NCBI GenBank assembly: GCA_051362555.1
Contig: CM120640.1
Span: 48,090,788-48,154,787 of the forward strand
DNA length: 64,000 bases
Source of the DNA: Lingula anatina
Lineage: Eukaryota; Animalia; Brachiopoda
Reading direction: 5' to 3'
The first letter of the stretch is position 1. Each line of letters opens with the position of its first letter. This document shows positions 27,501 to 39,500 of this stretch, in pieces. Position numbers and translations under genes: made by a program. The notes under the pieces were generated by a model. The model saw nothing but the letters and a program-made list of their open reading frames with translations, was not told the DNA's origin and made no database searches.

Positions 27501-28660
27501 GACAATATCACTAAGAAACTCTGATACCTGAAAAATGATGAACACGCAATCATTGTGAAAATGATAAATTTCTGTGAAAATAAAACAAACATCAGTCTCA
27601 CAGTGAAATAGCAGTCAGTGTCATGCAACAAATACAGACACGCGCCATGCTGCTGCTTACGTTTGTTGTTGACACCGTCTACGTGCAATGGTTCCACCTT
27701 ATTCTTGATGAAATTTTCTTTCTCCTCCTTCTTTCTCATGGCTTCTTGTCGGAGCTCCTCAGCAGCTCTTTGCATAATAAGTTTCTAAAACACAAACACT
27801 TTTCTACTCAGCAAATCTTGCACTAAACATAATTATCTTTTTCTGTCAAACAGAAATTAAAAGTGGCATATCAGTATTAGCAAGAGAAATATTTGCCCAT
27901 TTTCGCCCATTTTCATGACCATAGAAAGTCTCTGTATATGCCAATTAGTTTAATTTCTGTTTCAGACTCATACAAAAGAATGTGCACAATAGTTTCCCCA
28001 AGGCTGAAAACAGTAAGAGAACAACCAGCCACAAACATTTATCACTGGAAACATTCTTCATGTATTGAATGGTTTAAAAATTCAATGCAGGCTTTATCAA
28101 AACAGGTTGGTGGGATGGGAACTTTCAGAGAAATGGCATAATTTGATTGAAAAGACCCAGCATATCAGATTTTACCTATTTTACAGTTATCAGCTTTTGA
28201 GGAAACTGCAAGCACAACATTTCTTCTTTATTTAATATCTTATGATGTCCCTACCTCTATCATTCATGCCATCAATATTTAGAGGTGGCACTCTTTCCTT
28301 AAGTATCCTTTTCTTTTCTGCAAATTTCTCCTCCTCTTCTGCCTTAAGCTCTTGCAAGGCTCGATCCATGATTAGTTGCTGGGTAAGAAACACAACATGC
28401 AGTCAAACGTGAGGCTCAGGCATTGAAAAAACTATGTCACAGAATCACTAAGAAACATGCTTGGATCAAGACTGAAACCTTGCTTTATTTTGCATTATAT
28501 CTATGTAGTATCATCTTTCATCTGGAAATCAACACATTTGTGAAACTGCAATAATCCAAATACAAACATTTATAATTATTTCAGTTTTGGGAAAAGGTGC
28601 ACTGAAACAGTTGAGGTATCTATAATTCATATATGAATTGGCATTAACCCCCCCCCCAAC

Positions 28661-28711
<51 letters not shown>

Positions 28712-30508
28712 TGATCCAAGCAATTCCAAAGAAGCTCATATCCCTTCAAAGTTACAAAACTTGCAATTCTAACTATCTCCTGCTGGTCTGGCCATTATCA
28801 TGCACACTTTTTTCCAGAAAAAAACCCTGTAAAATACAAAAGGCATAGAATAGCTGAAACAGACAGTAAACTATGCAATGATCTGGGTAGCAACAAACAG
28901 CTGAAACAGATGGTAAAATGCAGTTGGGTTGTTGTAGGAAGGCGGGGGAAGGGATGGGTGGTTTATGGCAGAAAAGTAAGGAAGGGATGGGTGGTTGATG
29001 GGTGCCTGTAGTCTAGCAGTAACTAGTGATAAGGGGTTAGAATGTTAAGATGTTAGTGTGGTGGTGGTTAGTAATTTGTTATATTTTATTATCAGTTTCT
29101 ATAAAAACATTTTTGCAGAGAACGGTTGCCTTTGCACCACAATTTATCTAAAGGTTTTTATGATGCAAAAACATGAATAGAAGATGCATCTATGCATCTA
29201 AAAATTCACAAAAGCATGCAGTATTAGCACACAGATATCCAAATAGACAGCCTCACAGCAACACAGATATTTCATAGAGAAGTATCCATTCAATTATCAC
29301 ACAGATATTTCTTTGACGTGAATTTTTTTTTTCAAAAATGCTCAAAATTATGCAAGCAGTGAGTTCATATGTGAATCCAGTGAGTTTTCACTTTAAAAAA
29401 ATTCAAATCTCATGCAAACAATGCAAGTCAAAATTTTCCTGGTGAGCCTTGCAAGACTGGCAACTTTTCTTCAAGCAATATTTATACTTTCTTACAAATA
29501 TCAACACTGATTCTTTGTAATATTAATCTGACACAGAACTATTTAGAAAGATATCAGTAAGTTCCAATACATTGTCAAACCATAAAAGAATAATTGACTT
29601 GAAATACATGATAGTTTAATATCAGAATAAAGTGAATGGTATTAGAGAATTGGCGTATATTATGTTATTTAACAGTTGCAGTAAAACTTGGTCCAATTTG
29701 ATAGGTTTTATAGGTTCCATAAACTGCTGTATTTGTTTATCTAGTTGTTGTGAGTGGGGTTAGTAATACCTTTAGTTTTTGCTTTTTCTCTGGGGAAAGA
29801 CCACCCAAGCCTTTCCTTCTGTTCTTCCTTCTTTCCTCCTCCTCTCTCTTAATTCTCTCTTCTTCCTCCTTTTTCCTTCTCTATTGATTTGTAAACAAAC
29901 ACATAGTTACTGAATAAAATATTACAATTTATTCTGGAATACCACTGCTACCTGAAATATTAAACTTCAAATTATTGGCATAAACAGAGAAATATATCCA
30001 TAGCTATACACCACTTTCATTCATTCATTCATTTTTCTCAAAATGTGACAAGCACACACACAAGAAATCTCAAAATGATAGGCACACGAAAAACACTATT
30101 TGTGTGATTAAAACTCAACTTAATACAATCGCAGAAAATCTGAAAATGGTCATCAATTTTAATGCTTGTATATTCTTTTCAATATTGAGTAAAAATAGAG
30201 AAGTTATGACCTGACAAGGATTACTTCACTAGCATACCAAAACTGATAAACATACGCTCAGCAACTGCATAAAAGGGGAGTGGGTAGAAAACCTATTTCA
30301 ATTTCAGTCCAACTACTAAGTAAATTACCACAAATATGTAAATCTTATCCATTTGTCCTACATTTCTCCATTATTGCCCATAGACTACATTATACATCTA
30401 TGGGACCATTCCCACAGATATTTGGATTGATCTATCTCCCTGGGGAGTCTCACTAAATTGCTATCGATGTAACTGGCTTAAATGTCTGTCACGCCTAGTA
30501 ACGCTGTT

Positions 30509-30554
<46 letters not shown>

Positions 30555-33500
30555 AATTACCTTTATCCCCTAGCTGATTCGGTAGGCATGACAGACTTTT
30601 AAGACTCTTGAGCTGACAGCAATTTAGCGTGAACCCCCAGGGAGTTAGGTCGATCCAGATGGATCGATCTAAGTATGGGAACCCAGTCTATGGGTAACTC
30701 CAACAAATTACAAAAAGAAGGCAAAAAAAAAAAACAAACTTTCCCGTATATTGCTAAAACAAGATTGAAATACATGCTGAATAGAAAAAAGAAAAAAATT
30801 ACTTATTAACAAAAAATGTCCGATCAAGCCCTATTTGTGATCGACTCAAATTAAAATCCCACAAAGGACCAAAGATTTCAAGCAAAACAGTCTCTTTTTT
30901 GTCTCTTCTGTGACTGAACATAAGGAAAGGGAAATTTAAATGATGCTTATAGTGTTTTCTTAAAAAAACTAACCTCTTCTTCCTCTCTAGCTTTCTTCTC
31001 AGCAGCAGCCCTTTCCCTGCGTTCTATCTCTTCACGCTCACGTTCTTCTTCTTCCTACAATTGGCAACAACAAAGTCACACATCTTTTATTTTAGTTTCT
31101 AATAAGAGTATTTTTGCTACCTTAACAAGAGTGAAGTTTTGCAGTATAAATATGCAATATGCCCTTTAAATTTAAAATGTCAGAAGAAATGTATTTAAAA
31201 TTATTTTTAAAAACAAAGTACTTGTCACAAGCAATTTATTCATTTTCACTTCCAAATGCTGATGATGAAATATTTTGTCAAATGCTAACAAAGCTGAAAG
31301 AGAATCTTTATTATTGCTTTATTTTCTGAAACTTATCAAAAATGAAATGTAAATGGATAAATGGATACTACATCTTTTGACAAACAAACTCTTCCAACAA
31401 AAAAACTTCCACTGCACAATATATCACATCTTACTCTTTGCCTCCTCTTGCGTTCCTCTTCTTTTTTCTGCCTCAGTTCTTCTAATCTGGCTTCCTCCTC
31501 CTCCTCTTCCTACATACCCCAGAAATTAACTCACACATAAGCAAAACTCAAATAGAATATGCTGCTCATGCAAGACAATCAATACATTTTGAATAAAATA
31601 AATGACAGGAAAAATATTTCTTTTATTTAAAAACAAAACTATATCAAAAAAAAAAAACCCTCAGACATAGCAAAGAACTGAGTTCATATAAGCTTTCAAA
31701 AGTAATCAAAAAGAAAAAATATGACAAGAATAAATACAAATAAAGAATAAACAGTTGTGAAAAAAAAAAGAAATTAAAGTTCGGTAAAATTTCTGCACTA
31801 CAAAACACAGCCCTTTAAGAAAAATAAAACAAAACAACCATATTGAAGCAAAATAAAATGCAGATACCTCTGCAACCATGATGAGAAAATGGCAAAGAAA
31901 TAAGTTGTTGGGCAAGTATCACTTCCAGATCTTTCTTACCCTTCTCATGCGTTCCTTGGCCTCCCTGGCAGCTGCCTCTCTTTCTTCGCGGAGACGCATA
32001 GCTTCCATTTCTGCTTCATCATCATCAGCTGCTGCTGGAGCCTTCAAACACAAATATTATTTTGATTGTTAAAATCAGAATCATCCATCAAATCATTAGT
32101 GAACAAAACAGTGTTTAGATTGTCAACAGCTACATAATTACAATCAACCATATTAAGTTTATAACATTTAGAACATTACCATAGAGAAAATTAACCTTTC
32201 AATTGCATAAAGTTTTAATGATAAATGAAAACTTCATCATTTTTCAACATTAAAATTATCTTCTATTTTCAAAGAACAATGAAGGGCCTTTTGAATGATT
32301 ATAAGTTTTTATCATCACAAAAGATTTGTGCCTCTGAAATGAACAAAGTCAAGTAAATAATGTATTGTGTACAGTAGTGCATATCCCTTAGACTTTTATT
32401 CTTACAACCTGTCTGAAGAGCAGGTCTATAGCGATCAAGACTGATGTTGTATTACTTTTTAAAAAAAAGGTACATAAGTCATTTTCATTACTTAACCGGT
32501 TGATGGATAGAATGGTAAATTGGCAACTCTTCCTATATAACAGTACAACTGTGCAATACATGCTATTTACCTTGTTCTTCACAAAAATAACAATACTTGA
32601 AACATTACAATAATACAAAAATAGCTACAAATAAATAATTCAATGAAACAAAAAACATATATGAAAAAAGTTCACACACAGGAAATTGTTTTTTTTTCAC
32701 AGAAAAACAAATAAGAATGCTGCCTAACTAGACACAAATTCCAGAACTTTTGTCTTCTTGCCATATCCATATAATAACAAACTCAACTCATGTAAATGGT
32801 GTGCAACACTTTTTTCTCATCCAATCTAGTTAACTTTCAACAACTCAACTTTAATACTTCAACCTTTGCAACATGTTTGCAGAACTGGAACTGCAGTTAA
32901 GGTGAGCAGTCAAAATAAATCATCTTTGAAATAATCTATGCTCATTTAAGGTTTCTTGATAGATCTGAGCAAAAACAAGGTAAAATAGAAGCCATATTTT
33001 GCCAGGTTGGAAGTATTTTCCATCTCATGCAAATTTTCACATACATGTACATGGAATTAATTTCTTTTCACAACCTGAAAAGACCTTCCAAAAGTGTGCG
33101 CAACATACGTACAACAAAAAGCACAGATGTAAAGAAATAAGACACTAAGCACTCTAAAAATACATATATAAAATAAAAGCAAAAGAATTACTCAAGAACG
33201 TAATATCTGAAATTCACTTCTCTTATACTGAAACTGAAACACATAACTAAAACATTTAAATGAAGAAAGCTAAGTTGACATCAGCTACTAGCAACACTAA
33301 CACTAACAAAAATAAAAACACAACCAATAATATTAAAACTGCAATAAGCATATCTGTATAACTAAAACTAGAGAGAGTTGCCAGCCATTCTATCCCAACC
33401 TACCTCCTCTTCTGGTTCTTCCTCCTGTGTGGGTTCTTCCTAAGAGGGAAAAGGTAGACAAGGGAGGTAAATAAAGGGAAGAGACATGCTGACAGGGTTC

Positions 33501-36500
33501 TCTTGGCTTATATAACCGAATTCAATGGGTGATAGGCCTTTTTTTTTTTTTTTTTTTGCTTTAGTCCTCTTGGACAGGGTCATGGCTTGGGTAGGTCACA
33601 GAGTTGGTATAAGAATCTAAAGGTACGGTTCTGACCTCCAAAATGAGGTCATTGATCTCTGGGTTAAGGCCACACTTTTTTGGATAGGGATAAGGGGACC
33701 ATTATAAATACCATGATGACAAAACTAATTTATGATTTTTCAAAATTGCAGATCAAAACTAAGATTTATCATAACAGGGAGTGACAAGGTGCCCTGAGCT
33801 TCAGGTCTGAGGTGAGCCAGTCTTCATTTTCAAACCTTCATACATATGAGACTAAGGTTATTACAGGAAAGTTTTGGTGTGTACCATGACAAGCACTGGC
33901 ACGCATCCATCAGCGATTGGCGCAGTAAACTTCATTGAATTTTCAGATGCAACAAACAAACATGTATCAAAATTTGAAAATAAAGCAACTGGCCAACATG
34001 GACTCTGAAACTCAGGCTAATATTAGGAAGATTTATCAAAAGTATTACCATTTACAGCCAGCACTAACTTAATAATGTTATATATTACTTGTGCTAATAT
34101 CACATGAAAGCAAATGCATAAATATTCTATTTCAATCTCAAGTAATCTTAGTATTTGTCACAGTATATTACACTGTAGATTAATCTGCAAATCCATAAAA
34201 AAGTGAAAACCTTAATAGATGAACTTTCATTCCATTACCAATTCCCCATTGTAAAATGATACTCTAAACTTAAATAACAGACCTGCTTAATAATGAACTC
34301 TTAAAGCTTGATGTTTGTAACATGACTATTTAATACTGCATGAAACATTAAAAAAAACATCAAAACAAGCATGTCATCATAACAAATATCATGAGCTTAA
34401 TGGAACATGTTTTAAATGCACCATTAAACCAATAGGGTCATATTGCAATTAGTTCCACAGCTTTTACAGGACAGAAAAGTTACTTTGGAGAAAGATTCCC
34501 ACAAAGAAATACACATTACATAGAAACTGACAGTCTACACTACACAGTAGTACTACATTGTACACATAGCCTCTAGAACAGAGTAAAATTGACAGATGAA
34601 AAACTACATAGAAGTAAACACATGCCCACTCACAGATAATCACCACTAACCTAAATTGTATCAGGAAAATATGTACAAGTCATCTTTCATTCTCTTGCTC
34701 TATGTATGTATGTCCTGGTTACTATAGTCAAGACATTTTTGCAATAACTATGAAAATTCAGAAATGCTCATTTCAAATTCTTGGATGATAATTTTCATTT
34801 ACAGTTGACTGTATCAAATAAATGACAATGAATAATATGTGTTTCTCGATAAATAACAGTTTGAATTTTCATTCAATTTGGTACACCTTTATCCTTTTTA
34901 TTACAAAGGAAAAATGACAAGCAAGATAACCTGGGATAACCTTCAGGGGAGAAACAGTGAATTTTGAAAGAAGTTGAGAAGGTTTAACTTGGCATCTAAG
35001 GTAAATTATTAATCCTTGTAATTATCAATTGTGACTATCAAATCCAGTCTGTACCTGCACATTGTTGACCTCTGGGGCTGGAGATGCTTCTGCCTCCTCC
35101 TCCTCTCTTTGACGTCTTCGCCTGGCGCGTGCTGATGAGACATCCTATACACAACACACAAATAACAACACAACATATTATCACAGAGGAAAGAACTGCC
35201 AGAAGCTCAAAACAATACCGGTTCTGAATTTGCCACCAGGCATTTTTTTTTCAAAGTGCTGTGCAAAGCATGGGTGTGAATTAACGTTAACACATACAGA
35301 CAGTGATAACTTTAAACATAACTCTTTTGATCTCATTCTACAAAGAATGTGAACACACCAAACTGAAGCTGATTAAAAAGCAATGATTAAAAGAAAATGA
35401 GATGTTTACACATTTAACTAAAGGGCAAAAAATAAAACTCTTTGCTCACACAGGGTAAGGAATTTAAAACATAAAAATAAAAAAGTGGTGAACTTATAAG
35501 ATAAATATCAACAAGTTACTGCAAGGTAAATCAAAACTAAAACATTTAAATCATTTGACAAAAATTGCACCCAGGATGAACTTTATATGACTTAATTTTA
35601 AAGGGATAAAATCGGCAAGAAGAAAGGGAAACAGAAAAAGCAAAACAAAACAAAAAAAAAAAAGGATTACAGTAAAACTGTTTTTAACCCAAGTAAAATT
35701 TGGACACATCAGCAAAAATCCACTCCACAAATAAATGGAAGACTGGGATAAGTGTTATCAAATGGACAAAAACAAGAACAGGATAACATCTCTGACCAAA
35801 CTAGGTCACATCTAGTGACCTTGAAGAGAATTTGACCTAAACCTTGACCTTACCTCTGAATCTTCACCGCCACCTCCTCTGAAAAAACATAAGTAGAAAA
35901 AATTAACTTCCCTGACAACAGAGCTGACAAGTATGCTCTACATCTAGTGAAGCTATCCCTTGCTTGCCCCAGGCTTTCTACTTCCTCTATGATCTAGGCT
36001 CTAAGTCTAGCCTAATAGCAATTACATTTAGTACCTTATCCTTGCAATTTCACCATAAGCCTACAGAAAATGCCAACATTAAAGCAACATGCTGAAAATA
36101 AAAATGCATTATTCTAGTGACAGTGAACTACTAGTATTTCTGAAACATAAAGAAAGTGAAATTAACTATATTTGGTTAAATTCAAACGTGAGTAAGGTCA
36201 GAAAGAAAAAGATTAGCAAGAAGCAATTAATCAACCTCTATATCTACAGTGGAAAAATCTATATCTAAAAATGTTTTAAATAGTTTTTTTAGAACAGATA
36301 ATGAGAAAGCTACTGATATGTAATTGAATGCCTCCATAAGGTACCAATTAAAATAACTGAAAGGTTAACAATAATATTATGGTACACCATGCCAATCTAT
36401 TTTCTGCTCCATGCCTCTCGTCTGTCTGCTTTAATTCGGTTTAGGTGAAAACACTTCCATGGAATGTCTTGAAAGTGTAAATCACTTGTGCAAATTATTT

Positions 36501-39500
36501 CCACCATGGAAGAATGGTACTATTTTAAAAGATCTTCAGTATGGTGGATGTTTCACTTGAAAACCATCCTCTGGATCTTGATATCACAGAATTTAAATGA
36601 CAAACTCAAGAAAATTTGATCTGACATTCAATCCCAAAAAATCTGAATTAATAGCATTTCATTCACTTGAAAGTTTCAAATTCCCCAAACTATGTCTTTC
36701 AAACTGTTTACACAACAGGTTTTGGCAATCAAAAGTGTGTTAAATGATATATGTCTGAGGTCCTGGAGCAGAGAGTACGTAATTCTATATATAACAAGAA
36801 AGAAAATGCCCAGTAAACTATGATAGCCCACAAAAAGCCGCCTTGACTCAGTGTTTTAAACAATAACAAAAGTTACATAAAAAAGGTTGCCAGAAAAACC
36901 AATTACTTAACAAGTGTTTTAAATGTATGAGGCCAGGGTGACAACCATGAATTCCCCCCCCCCCCCCTCCCCTGCACAGCTACCCTCTACTCCACTTTCA
37001 ACTGTTTTGTGCAGAGCACAGAAAACAGAAAGATCACACTGTGCCTCAGACAATTCAATGTTAAGCAGCACTAACATAGAAGCATAGAGGAATGATAGTT
37101 CTAGTCATACCAGAAGCCCACAGCTACAACTATTCTATATAAACCCTAGCCTTCATTTTAAAAGCAACCCTACGAAAAGCAGTCTATAATGTGCCCTTAC
37201 TTTCAGTAAGCAAATCAAAAAAACAAAGAAAAAAAGTCAAAAATCACATTTATAAAGACTGGACAAAACATTAAATCACTAACAATATGGAAATTAAAAC
37301 TCAGAAACAGACTTATATTAATTTTTTATAACAATGGAAAACAGTTCTTAATAGACAACAAACATATAAGAGGGAAAATATCAAGCTCCTATATTAATTC
37401 TACACATATCAATATTGATTTTAAAGTGTAAGTCGCTACATAGGTTCCCAACCTATTGAGACGTTCTCGTCTTTCACGTCTTCTTCTCTCAAAGTCATCC
37501 TCCACATCGTTACTTTCAGGTGAGCTGAGGGTAGAGAGCAAGCATTTACAGGTTAAAACACAGGCTACAAGTACAGCATTAAACAAAGGTAATAATCACA
37601 AAAACAGGGAGATAAAGCTCCACATTTTCACTTCAGAATAACCTTATATCGCCCATTTTTTTTTACCCGAACAATTATGGTAGGCACTTAATGAAAATTT
37701 GGTAAAAAGAAAAATTATTTTGATTCAACCAAAAAGATTATCAGGAGCTGGCAAAACCAAATCTGCCAGTGAGAACCCAAATTCTGAAATGAGAAACAAT
37801 GAAGCAACTATTTGGCTACTAACATATATAGCAACACAGTAGTGTTTTTTTAATTAGCCATCACAAAACAGGTACTGGAGAAAACATACAAATAGCAGCT
37901 GGAAGTTTTTTTACTGTAAAGTTTTTGAATGATAAATTTAAGAAAAAACAATAATGCACAAACTTCCTTAATCATGAAATTACGAGGCATGTTGACATCC
38001 ATATAGTATCTACACCAGTATATGAGCTGATTGTCATTCCAAGATTTTCATTTTTTGTTTCATTAAATTTGTACTTAAAGAAATCTGTTTCCATGTTCCA
38101 TTCACTGTGAGACACAAGAAAAAAATTTTTTTTCAAATTCTCTCTAGCGGTATACCTAAAAGAAAAAGTCCAAACATTTGCAAACTGTCTCAGTTTTCTT
38201 TGAACTGATCTTATGAACCCTTCATATGACAGGCACCCATTTTATGGGTCCATTTGTGAAGTGTTATCTTTTCTGCACATAAAAGTTTAAGGCAGTCTCA
38301 ATGGACTATTGCTAAACCTCATTTTCTGTTTATCATAAGATAAAGCACCGAGTGCAAATGGAATGTCAGGGATGCTGAAAGAGCACAGGGTTAATTTTAC
38401 AATTTTTATTTGTTTTATGTTGTTAAATTAGCTGTCCATATTGATGCCGGAACTGCAAAAGGAAACCATCTTATTATATGACAAAGATGCAGTGACACAT
38501 AAAAACACAATATCTATGACTTGCAAACATACACATAACCTCTGTGTTTATGTATCTCAGATGTTAGCAAATACAATGACACTTTGAACAAAGGCAAACA
38601 TTAAACCTCTTAAACCAAAGAACAAATTTACATTCTCAAGATCTCAAAGGTGGTCGGTCAATAAATTTCTAAGAGATCGGAAGACCAAATGCAATAAATC
38701 AAACATACATTAACTCCCCGCTTCATATTAGTCAGGTAAACAGTGATGGGTCACAGGGTCAAAAACTTTCCACACACCTGAGCATAGCAAGGTATTTTAA
38801 TGGCTCAACAGTTGCAATAAAAAAATAAAAAGATAAATTTATGCTAAACAAGGCCAGTACTTTCAAATGTTTATAACATACAACTTTCTTGAAAGCCTGA
38901 ATTTTCAATACTGCTTCATGATAACATCTGATGCATTGAAGAATTGAATAAAAGTGTATGCAACAAACATTTGAGAACTATCCTGTGTCAAAACCTTTAT
39001 GCATGTGTAATAAATAAAACTTGCAGAAATGTTTAACCATACAAAAGACAAGGCAAATAAGTCACAAAACACACGGTGAAACACTTCAATTTCAGAATAT
39101 ACCTACATTTTGGCATTTCTTGCCTCCCTTTCTCTTCTCCTTCTTGCTAATCGTTCAGAGAAATCTTCCTCCATAGCGCCGTTCGTTGTGGGTGCCTCTT
39201 GAGCACTGACATGCAAGAAATAACAGCAACCTCACAGCAATCACATGCATATAACCACACCATGCAGAGGGAACATTTTCAGGCCAATACAGTGAAAGTG
39301 AATGTTTTTAGTCTTTTATCCTTGTTTGATTATTATGGATGTCAAGGAATTATAAGATATACCAATCACAACTAAGGAATGATACTTTATATGAATTCCT
39401 TGCAATGATTCTAAAACTCAAACTTTTTGTAACTGCATTAATATTGTGAAGATGACACCAAATAAAATGCTTGAATGATAATTGATTTTCCAAAAGAATT

